From positions 96,001 to 160,000 of IMG/VR virus record IMGVR_UViG_3300045988_154761: a stretch of DNA of 64,000 bases; one strand, 5' to 3'. The notes under the pieces were generated by a model. That model saw nothing but the letters and a program-made list of their open reading frames with translations. It had not been told where the DNA came from and searched no databases. Positions 16,215 to 23,462 of the stretch are shown one piece after another. The translations under genes were made by a program, and so were the position numbers. Within the stretch, counting starts at the first letter, position 1. Every line of letters starts with the position of its first letter. The stretch is from a virus.

Positions 16215-16354
16215 CACAAAAATAAAATAAAATAAGATAGAATAAAAGTGAAATTTTATCGTATCAATTTTTATTAAAAAATTAACAATTTTTCTTGTTT
16301 TTTAATAAAAAAGCTGCAAAAACAGGGTGAAAAAACAATTAAGGAGTAATTAAA

Positions 16355-16561
16355 ATGTCTAATAATAATAGTTGTATGTTTAAGTGTAAGAAGAAGAACT
16401 CAATTGATGGAAAGATTTATCGTGTATATCAGATTATGCCTCTTCCTAATCAGTTTGGTGCTCTTGGTCTTGTGGGTATTATGTATTGTGAGCAGGACAA
16501 GAAGTTTGATGCTAATGATTTGAGCCAGTTTGAAATTATTGAAGAGATTTCCCTTCAGTAA
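16355..16561 (+). CDS. hypothetical protein (68 aa)
   Basis: ATG after AAGGAG. Confidence 0.6.
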   Translation: MSNNNSCMFKCKKKNSIDGKIYRVYQIMPLPNQFGALGLVGIMYCEQDKKFDANDLSQFEIIEEISLQ

Positions 16562-16598
16562 TTAAATCAAAAAACTAACGAAATAATTTAATAAACAC

Positions 16599-16627
16599 TT
16601 GACATTTACCTCTCCTTATGATATTCT
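16599..16627 (+). promoter_or_regulatory. sigma70/sigmaA-like promoter inside an anti-SD/SD hairpin
   Basis: TTGACA 16599-16604, 17 nt, TGA-TATTCT; spacer ACCTCTCCTTA (16608-16618) is complementary to TAAGGAGAGGT (16642-16652). Confidence 0.65.
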
Positions 16628-16658
16628 TTTAGTAGAAAAAATAAGGAGAGGTGTTTTT

Positions 16659-17453
16659 ATGAACCTTTGCAATCAGTATAATCGTTTCGTTCGTTTTGTT
16701 GGTGATATTCTCATTACTGACCCTTGTTATATTATCCGCGAAGACCGCAAGATGAATTATAATGCTTATCCTAAGATGGAAGATTATTATTCCAAATATA
16801 AGATTATTGGGGATGGACACAAAGGTTATCCTACTCCTGATATGTATGAAGATGTTATTTATATTGAAATGAAGAAACCTCTTCGTATCTACGACCTTCC
16901 TGAAAGTCATCGTACTCCTGAGAGAGAAGCGAAGCTTGTTGATGCTTATGAAACGTGGATTAGAGGGACAAGAACAAAAGACCCTAATATTCACGTGATT
17001 CCTCTTTCTCCCACTTACGAAACTGAAAATGAAGCTTACAACAAAGCTGTAGCAAAGTGGGATTCTGAACAGGAAGATGACTGGGGAAAGTGCTGCTGCG
17101 GAGAAGCCATGGAAAAGCTTGGCCTTAATACTTTTATCGTCTGCGACACTATTTATGGTGATTGGTCTTGCACTGTTTTTAATTCTTTGACCAAGGAAAA
17201 GATGGGAGAGTTCTGTGCTGATTCTGGTCAGGTTGGTATTTTCCTTATGAGCGAAGTTCTTAAATATAACCCTAATCTTGACCTTCCTAAGCATTGTGCT
17301 ACTATTATTAAAAATTTTGATGGACATGTTCGTGTCAACAAGAAGAATAATGGTAAGTATACTTATGATGGCGAAGAATATGATGATATTGTTGCAGAGG
17401 TTGAAGGTGTCAGCAACACCTTAAATTTCAAAAGTGCTCAGACTGGATTTTAA
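16659..17453 (+). CDS. hypothetical Cys-containing protein (264 aa)
   Basis: ATG 16659 after TAAGGAGAGG; the track start 16599 is the promoter -35. Confidence 0.75.
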   Translation: MNLCNQYNRFVRFVGDILITDPCYIIREDRKMNYNAYPKMEDYYSKYKIIGDGHKGYPTPDMYEDVIYIEMKKPLRIYDLPESHRTPEREAKLVDAYETWIRGTRTKDPNIHVIPLSPTYETENEAYNKAVAKWDSEQEDDWGKCCCGEAMEKLGLNTFIVCDTIYGDWSCTVFNSLTKEKMGEFCADSGQVGIFLMSEVLKYNPNLDLPKHCATIIKNFDGHVRVNKKNNGKYTYDGEEYDDIVAEVEGVSNTLNFKSAQTGF

Positions 17454-17462
17454 GGAGATAAT

Positions 17463-18098
17463 ATGAAGCAGATTAGACGTAATGTTTTTGAAACTAATAG
17501 TAGCTCAAGTCATTCTCTTGTAATTACGACTGATAATGAACATTATACGAGAAAAGAAATCAACGATGAGTTTTATCTTACCAGAGAGGGCAAGGTAAGA
17601 TTGTGGGAATCTTCTCTTGAGTTTTACCGTTCACCTTTTGATATGCTGACAACTTTTAAGGGTAAATTGAGATATGCTATTGCTTCTTCTAACGGCAATC
17701 TTGTAGATGAACTTCGAGAAATTTGCAAGAAGTATATTGATGGATTCATAGATTTTGAATTTGATACAAAAGATTATGTTTGGGATTCAAATGTTAAAGA
17801 TTATGTAGAAGCAAAAAGTCCTGTCCCCAACTATGGTGGTACTGATGACTATCAAATTGAGGGCTGGCTTAAGCATTATAATATTTCTCTTGAGGAATTT
17901 TTAATTAATAAGAGATATATTGTAGTTGTTGATGGCGATGAATACACCATTTATGACCACATCAAAAAATCGGGTCTTTTTGACACATCAAAAATTATTC
18001 ATGATAGTTATGCTGAAGAACAAGAAAAATGGCACAAGCAATATTTAGCTCAACTGGAAAAGGAGAAAAAAGATGCAGACTCCAAACATGAAGACTAA
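17463..18098 (+). CDS. FETNSSS-family protein, paralog 2
   Basis: MKQIRRNVFETNSSSSHSLVI; ATG after AAGGAGA. Confidence 0.75.
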   Translation: MKQIRRNVFETNSSSSHSLVITTDNEHYTRKEINDEFYLTREGKVRLWESSLEFYRSPFDMLTTFKGKLRYAIASSNGNLVDELREICKKYIDGFIDFEFDTKDYVWDSNVKDYVEAKSPVPNYGGTDDYQIEGWLKHYNISLEEFLINKRYIVVVDGDEYTIYDHIKKSGLFDTSKIIHDSYAEEQEKWHKQYLAQLEKEKKDADSKHED

Positions 18099-18522
18099 AC
18101 GCAAAATGAAGCGTTATGAATTATCTGACTATTTTCTTTCTTTAAATACAGCAGAACAAATTGTTCTTCTTACTGACGCAGGGTTTAAAGAGGGATTTTG
18201 GAGAGAATCTAAAAAGTCTGACCATTATTGGATGACTTATCATTTTTGTCTTTTCAACTCCAAAATAGAAAGAATTTCGTATGAATTTAGCTTTGATGTA
18301 GCAATTGACCTTGATGACCTTAAGTCTTGGAATGATTTTGATAATCTTGAAGTCATTGATGATGATTTTGGTCAGCCGTACAATGCTTTTTTCAAAGCTC
18401 AAGATAGTGGACATAGTTTTTCTTTTCTTGATATGATTATTAAGAAGTATGAAAATAAAATGAACAAACTGGTAGAATCCAAAATTTTAGAAGAGGTAAA
18501 ATTAAATGAAACAAATCCGTAA
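18073..18522 (+). CDS. hypothetical protein (149 aa)
   Basis: ATG after AAGGAGA; overlaps both neighbours. Confidence 0.65.
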   Translation: MQTPNMKTKRKMKRYELSDYFLSLNTAEQIVLLTDAGFKEGFWRESKKSDHYWMTYHFCLFNSKIERISYEFSFDVAIDLDDLKSWNDFDNLEVIDDDFGQPYNAFFKAQDSGHSFSFLDMIIKKYENKMNKLVESKILEEVKLNETNP

Positions 18523-18943
18523 AAACGTATTTGAAACGAATTCTTCTTCTACTCACACTCTTGCTATTTGTACCGAGGATGAATATAAAAAATGGCAAGA
18601 AGGTAAAATGCTTTTTAACAAATGGAATGAAACTTTTATTAAAAACTCCATTAATATTACTAAGCAAGATAAAGTAGAAGCTGAAGAAAGATATAACACA
18701 TATAAAGGGAAGTACTATAAAGACTGGTCTGAACTTACAGAGGCAGAAAGAGACGAGTATACTTATAATTATATTGCCCAGCAACGCAGACAGGAAAAGA
18801 GCTTTTCTTTTGAAGAGGATGGTTTGACCTATCAAGAATTTATGCAAGATTGTAGTAACGGGGGACTTGAAACCGAAACTTCTCGCTATACTTCCCCGAG
18901 CGGAGACAAGCTTGTTATTACTTGTGCTTATGGTTATAACTAA
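18506..18943 (+). CDS. FETNSSS-family protein, paralog 3 (shorter)
   Basis: MKQIRKNVFETNSSSTHTLAI. Confidence 0.7.
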   Translation: MKQIRKNVFETNSSSTHTLAICTEDEYKKWQEGKMLFNKWNETFIKNSINITKQDKVEAEERYNTYKGKYYKDWSELTEAERDEYTYNYIAQQRRQEKSFSFEEDGLTYQEFMQDCSNGGLETETSRYTSPSGDKLVITCAYGYN

Positions 18944-18992
18944 TAGTTAAAAATATTTTAATAGGTCAAGGAGATTATTTTTTATTAACTCC

Positions 18993-19021
18993 TTGACTTA
19001 TCTCTTTTTATAGAGTATAAT
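18993..19021 (+). promoter_or_regulatory. sigma70/sigmaA-like promoter flanked by hairpins
   Basis: TTGACT 18993-18998, 17 nt, TATAAT 19016-19021; upstream hairpin GTCAAGGAG (18966-18974)/CTCCTTGAC (18989-18997) overlaps the -35; the spacer pairs with the downstream SD. Confidence 0.65.
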
Positions 19022-19047
19022 TTAGTTACTCGAAAGGAGAGATGATT

Positions 19048-19446
19048 ATGCTCGAAGGAATTAATATTATTAGTACAGAAGTAACTAAAGATGTAGATGT
19101 TCCTCTTTTTATTTTTATTTGTGGAATTGCTTGTGTTTTAATGTTTTGTTCAATCCAACTTCTAAAAGTTGGTTTTGGAATTACAAAATCCACTTCGCAC
19201 AAACTTTTTAAAATTGTTTTTAACAGTTTAAATATTGTTATTTTAGGAGTTTGCTTATTCTTTTCTTCTATTATAGTAAGCAAAGCTCTTAATGATTGTT
19301 TTTTCAATCCAATTTATTATAATGAATACACTGTAACGATTTCCGATGAAGTTAGTTACAATGAATTTACTAAGAAATATGAAATTCTTGAATACAATGA
19401 AAAAGATAGCACTTATGTAATTAGGGAGAAAGAAAATGTCGATTGA
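19048..19446 (+). CDS. small membrane protein, tandem paralog 1 of 4
   Basis: MLEGINIISTE, TM segments, ...KYEILEYNEKDSTYVIREKEN; alternative ATG at 19042. Confidence 0.7.
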   Translation: MLEGINIISTEVTKDVDVPLFIFICGIACVLMFCSIQLLKVGFGITKSTSHKLFKIVFNSLNIVILGVCLFFSSIIVSKALNDCFFNPIYYNEYTVTISDEVSYNEFTKKYEILEYNEKDSTYVIREKENVD

Positions 19447-19822
19447 AAATAACCCAGCCATTGAAGTACTTAATACAGTTACAACTACAAGTAACGGAAA
19501 CATGTTTGTTCTTATTGTGTCTGTTGCTATTGTTGTTGTTGGAATTGCTGGTATATGCACATTTATTGTAGATTGGGTTAAAAGAAACGGGTCAATGGAT
19601 GGATTTTGTGCTATTGTTATCGCAACAATTATCTTCTGCGTGATTGCAGGATTCAATGTTTATGCAATGAAGCATCCAGTTGAAACTATTTCTTATGAAA
19701 TTAGATTTACTGACCCCGACCATTTTTCTTTAACTGATTATGAAAAACTTGAAGAAGACTATATTGTTTCCAGAAAAGGGAAAATTTACACATTAAAAGA
19801 AAGGGTTGACAAAGATGATTGA
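19436..19822 (+). CDS. small membrane protein, tandem paralog 2 of 4 (most divergent)
   Basis: AIEVLNT, TM segments, ...YIVSRKGKIYTLKERV; 11 nt overlap with the upstream gene. Confidence 0.65.
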   Translation: MSIENNPAIEVLNTVTTTSNGNMFVLIVSVAIVVVGIAGICTFIVDWVKRNGSMDGFCAIVIATIIFCVIAGFNVYAMKHPVETISYEIRFTDPDHFSLTDYEKLEEDYIVSRKGKIYTLKERVDKDD

Positions 19823-20171
19823 TGGTGTTAATCTAATTACTACTGAGACTATTTGTATTTCTGGTAGTTTTTTGAGTAATCTGTTTCCTGCTATTATTGG
19901 AGTCGTAGGCTGTATTGCTGCAATTGTTGTAGCAATTCTTTGTGTTAAGGAAGAAGAATGGGGAGCTTTCTTCTTTGGTTTATCTATGGGCTTTCTTTTA
20001 GCTTTGGTTGCTTTTTTCTGTTTCAAGGATGCCTTTAATCCAAGATATGAAGAGCGATATCTTGTCCAGTTAGATGATAAAATTTCTTCTGAATTTATTG
20101 ACAAATATGATATTGTAGAACGAAAAGATAATAATGTCTATATAATTAAAGAGAGGAATACAAATGATTAA
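19815..20171 (+). CDS. small membrane protein, tandem paralog 3 of 4
   Basis: MIDGVNLITTE...KYDIVERKDNNVYIIKERN; ATG 19815 chosen by paralog alignment. Confidence 0.7.
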   Translation: MIDGVNLITTETICISGSFLSNLFPAIIGVVGCIAAIVVAILCVKEEEWGAFFFGLSMGFLLALVAFFCFKDAFNPRYEERYLVQLDDKISSEFIDKYDIVERKDNNVYIIKERNTND

Positions 20172-20517
20172 GGGTGTTGAAGTTTTAACCTCCGAAATGG
20201 TTAGAACATCTCCTGAATTTGATGGTTTAATTTTTACTGGGGTTCTTTTTATAGGTTTCACCTTAGTTCTATTTTGTTATTTCATCGACTGCGTTAAAAA
20301 CAAACTTGGTTGGACAACTCTTGTTTGTGCTATAGGTGTTATTTTACTTAGTTTGGTTGCTGGTAAAATGTTTAGAAATGCTTTCTTTCCAACCTATGAA
20401 GAAAGATACATGGTACAATTAAAAGAAGAAGTTCCTTTAGATTTTATAAAGAATTATGAGATTCTTGAAGATAAAGGAAATGACATTTATATTGTTAGAG
20501 AGAAAGGAAACGAATAA
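20164..20517 (+). CDS. small membrane protein, tandem paralog 4 of 4
   Basis: MIKGVEVLTSE...NYEILEDKGNDIYIVREKG. Confidence 0.7.
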   Translation: MIKGVEVLTSEMVRTSPEFDGLIFTGVLFIGFTLVLFCYFIDCVKNKLGWTTLVCAIGVILLSLVAGKMFRNAFFPTYEERYMVQLKEEVPLDFIKNYEILEDKGNDIYIVREKGNE

Positions 20518-20519
20518 AA

Positions 20520-20690
20520 ATGAAGATTTATTGTGCATATGACCACCTGAATTGTGAGTCTGCTCCAAAGTCTCAGGAAGAGGTTCATGCTTGTGAATAT
20601 TATGGTTCTTACCTTTGTAATGCTTGTCCCTCTCGTTATGATGGTGACAAAGTAAAGAAGTATATGGAGGATAATCCTCGTGAACACTAA
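20520..20690 (+). CDS. small Cys-rich protein (56 aa), below the track cutoff
   Basis: ATG 20520 two nt after the previous stop; MKIYCAYDHLNCES...HACEYYGSYLCNACPSRYDG; TAA at 20688-20690. Confidence 0.5.
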   Translation: MKIYCAYDHLNCESAPKSQEEVHACEYYGSYLCNACPSRYDGDKVKKYMEDNPREH

Positions 20691-20937
20691 TGGAGTTAAA
20701 CTGTATAATGAACGTGTAACAAAAGAATTTCTTAAGTATCGCAAGGTTCATCGTATTTATTGCAGTGATTGTAATGTTGAAATGAAGCGAAGTGGAATGG
20801 TTTATGCTACTTATCCACCCCTTTATGAGTATGTATGTCCTAAGTGTAATCACAAAATGACTTCTTCTGTTATTTATCCTGCAATTGAAGAAGTTTGGGA
20901 AAATGAAGATGATATGAGAAGAGAGGTAATGGACTAA
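20680..20937 (+). CDS. zinc-ribbon protein (85 aa), GTG start
   Basis: GTG 8 nt after GGAGGA; CSDC...CPKC. Confidence 0.55.
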   Translation: MNTNGVKLYNERVTKEFLKYRKVHRIYCSDCNVEMKRSGMVYATYPPLYEYVCPKCNHKMTSSVIYPAIEEVWENEDDMRREVMD

Positions 20938-21896
20938 TGAGCAATATTAAGACTTATCAGAATGGCAACTATATGGTTTCCATCGACTTGGCAAATGGAA
21001 CCAAGACTCGTGAAAATGATTTGAGCTTTTTCAAGGCTGATTTTCCAGAGTGCTGTGATTATAAAATTACTAATAATTGCGCACAGGGTTGTAGCTTTTG
21101 TCATGAGAACAGTACTCCAAATGGTAAGCATGGTGACATTCTTGGTGAACAGGGTATCAAGGTTCTTGAAAGTTTCCATGAATACACCGAGCTTGCAATC
21201 GGAGGTGGAGACCCTCTTTCTCATCCTGATTTGATTCCTTTCCTTCGTAAGTGTAAGGAGCTGAATCTTATCCCTAACATGACTGTTCACCAGTTTTCCT
21301 TTATGAAGAATCAGGAGCTTATTGAACAGCTTGTTAATGAGAAGCTTATTTATGGTATTGGTGTCTCTCTTGTTGACCCTCTTCAGCCGCAGTTCCTTAA
21401 GACTATTTCTAAGTATCCTAATCTTGTTCTTCATGTTATTAATGGCATTGTAACGATGGATACTCTTCGTGCTCTTAAGAATCGTGGGCTTAAGATTCTT
21501 ATTCTTGGCTATAAGACTGTTCGTCGTGGTGAAGAGTATGTTAAGGAAGATTGGGCTAAGGAACTTGTAACAAATAAGCAGAAGGCAATCTATGATAATC
21601 TTGGTCGTATGATTGATGAAAAGTGGTTCTCTGTTATTAGTTTTGACAATCTTGCTATTAAACAGCTTGAGCCTAAACGTCTTATGTCTGAGGAAGATTG
21701 GAATACTATGTATATGGGCGAAGACTATGATAATATGTCTAGTGCTTCTATGTACATTGATGCAGTAGAAATGCAGTTTGCTTGTAACTCTTGTGATGTA
21801 AATCATCGTTATGATGTTGGCAATAAGACTGTTACTGAAATGTATCAATTCTTGAGAGATTTAAATGGAGGAAACAACGATGAAACAAATTCGTAA
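20937..21896 (+). CDS. radical SAM enzyme (substrate unknown)
   Basis: CAQGCSFC (CxxxCxxC) near the N-terminus and AIGGGDPLSHPD (GGE-like SAM motif). Confidence 0.8.
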   Translation: MSNIKTYQNGNYMVSIDLANGTKTRENDLSFFKADFPECCDYKITNNCAQGCSFCHENSTPNGKHGDILGEQGIKVLESFHEYTELAIGGGDPLSHPDLIPFLRKCKELNLIPNMTVHQFSFMKNQELIEQLVNEKLIYGIGVSLVDPLQPQFLKTISKYPNLVLHVINGIVTMDTLRALKNRGLKILILGYKTVRRGEEYVKEDWAKELVTNKQKAIYDNLGRMIDEKWFSVISFDNLAIKQLEPKRLMSEEDWNTMYMGEDYDNMSSASMYIDAVEMQFACNSCDVNHRYDVGNKTVTEMYQFLRDLNGGNNDETNS

Positions 21897-22464
21897 AAAC
21901 GTATTTGAAACTAATTCAAGTTCTTGCCATTCTCTTGTTATTTCAAAGGATAATTATGGTTCAGAACATATTCCAGCTTATTTAAATTTTAATGCAGATG
22001 AAGATTATGGTTGGGACACACGTTGCTACTCTTCCACAGAAGATAAGGCTTCTTATCTTTACACCGCCATGCTTAATTGTGATATGTTTGCTCAAGCGAA
22101 AGATTTTAAGCGTAAACTTGAAGAAGATTTTAAGATTAAAATTTTCGTTCCAGCCTATAAAAGAGAAAAAAGTACATATGGTGGTTGGGAATTTTGGGAT
22201 AATGGCGGTTCTGTAGACCATGCAGGAGAACTTGTTCCCTTCATTAATGAAATTCTTGAAGATGATGACAAGTTAAAGCGTTTTCTTTTCGACCCAAGAA
22301 GTTGTATTTATACTGGCAATGATAATGGTTGCGACCCTGATGATAATTGTTATGTTGCTGATGCAGATGAAAATGGCGAATATTACGATTGGCGCACCGA
22401 AAAAAATATTAAGCATCCTCTTTGGGACGGAGAACATTATGAATATTACTTTAAGGGGAATTAA
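21880..22464 (+). CDS. FETNSSS-family protein, paralog 4
   Basis: ATG 21880 after GGAGGA; MKQIRKNVFETNSSSCHSLVI; GGSVDHAG. Confidence 0.75.
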   Translation: MKQIRKNVFETNSSSCHSLVISKDNYGSEHIPAYLNFNADEDYGWDTRCYSSTEDKASYLYTAMLNCDMFAQAKDFKRKLEEDFKIKIFVPAYKREKSTYGGWEFWDNGGSVDHAGELVPFINEILEDDDKLKRFLFDPRSCIYTGNDNGCDPDDNCYVADADENGEYYDWRTEKNIKHPLWDGEHYEYYFKGN

Positions 22465-22466
22465 TA

Positions 22467-22841
22467 ATGACTAATACAGGTGATTATCATCCCGTTAAAG
22501 GGTATTGCAATGAAAAAGGCATTTGGTGTGAATATGCCAATATTAGAGGGTATTGTAGCTTAACTGCATGTTTAAAGCACAATCCTGTTCAATTGAATAA
22601 CGCATCTGATTTCAGCTTAAATTTTTCTCGCTCTGAAAAATCTAAGATGTTTGTTAAATTTGAGCTAAAAGAATTTAACATGGAGAAAAATTTCGATGAT
22701 ACAGTTAATTTAAATTTTACTCTACCTATTGTAAATCAGGATTCTAATGAAGAAACTGGTACTTTAAAAGTAAAAATTCCTCGTGCTAAATATGAATTCG
22801 AGGAAGGTGGAATTAAAATTTCTGTTTTAAAATCTGAGTAA
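22467..22841 (+). CDS. hypothetical protein (124 aa) with Cys-rich N-terminus
   Basis: CNEKGIWCEYANIRGYCSLTAC. Confidence 0.65.
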   Translation: MTNTGDYHPVKGYCNEKGIWCEYANIRGYCSLTACLKHNPVQLNNASDFSLNFSRSEKSKMFVKFELKEFNMEKNFDDTVNLNFTLPIVNQDSNEETGTLKVKIPRAKYEFEEGGIKISVLKSE

Positions 22842-22842
22842 A

Positions 22843-22870
22843 GGGTATAACTGGGTATAAAAGGGTATAA
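22843..22870 (+). repeat. three direct GGGTATAA repeats at exact 10 bp spacing
   Basis: copies at 22843-22850, 22853-22860 and 22863-22870, immediately upstream of ATG 22873. Confidence 0.8.
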
Positions 22871-22872
22871 TT

Positions 22873-23343
22873 ATGGTTGATATTAAGTGGCTTTAGACTC
22901 AAGAAGGATAGAAAGCTTATTAGACTTGGATAAGAAAGTTAGCAAATCGAGCAGAAGATAGAACAGATATTCCAATTTTAGTAGACACCAATGGAGAAAT
23001 TTAGGTTTGGGTAACAATAAATAAAAAATATCTATCTAAAGAGCAATTTGAAAAACTTTCTGACAAATCTGATGGTGAAATTACTACAAAATTAGAATTT
23101 AAAACAAAAGATATTATTATAAGAGAGCTTACTTCTATTGCAAAAAGTAGAGATGCTTTAGCGGATAATGAAGATGAAAGAGAACTTTTATGTCCCCTCG
23201 TTTCATTGTTTCAGGGAATAGAAGATGCTATTACTAATGATATTTGCTATAAAGCTCAAAATGCTAAACAGCTTTTTATAAACAATTTCGAAAAAAATTT
23301 AGGAAAAGACGAAAATAATTCTAATAACCTCTTGACAAACTAA
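22873..23343 (+). CDS. hypothetical protein (156 aa), 4 in-frame TAG
   Basis: frame checked line by line; TAG at codons 8, 13, 17 and 44; TAA stop at 23341-23343. Confidence 0.55.
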
Positions 23344-23360
23344 GATACATCTGTTATAGT
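23332..23360 (+). promoter_or_regulatory. sigma70/sigmaA-like promoter
   Basis: TTGACA 23332-23337, 17 nt, TGT-TATAGT (23355-23360). Confidence 0.7.
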
Positions 23361-23378
23361 ATCTATTGTCATAAGTAG

Positions 23379-23440
23379 TTAGACTCTCACAGCAAACTAC
23401 AAAAAACTTTTATTTTGAAAAAAGGACAAAAAGAGTCTAG
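23379..23440 (+). ncRNA. ACAGCAA closing-helix element, copy E11, in the 5' leader of the vWA protein gene
   Basis: TAGACTCT (23380-23387) pairs with AGAGTCTA (23432-23439); ACAGCAA 23389-23395. Confidence 0.6.
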
Positions 23441-23462
23441 TCCTTTAGAAAAGGAGAAAATT

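Noticed and set aside
16599-16658. Upstream alternative (TTG/GTG/ATG) starts given by the ORF track for 12036, 15134, 16599, 26492, 45500, 52183 and 56030, among others
   Set aside because: These extensions run through promoter hexamers or leaders. In each case a downstream ATG has a strong GGAG-type RBS at 6-10 nt.
20934-21848. 304-aa - strand ORF, and likewise 16629-17327 (232 aa) and 39144-39632 (162 aa)
   Set aside because: These are antisense shadows of the motif-bearing + strand genes (radical SAM, 16659 and the lysin). They lack an RBS and break the co-directional gene packing.
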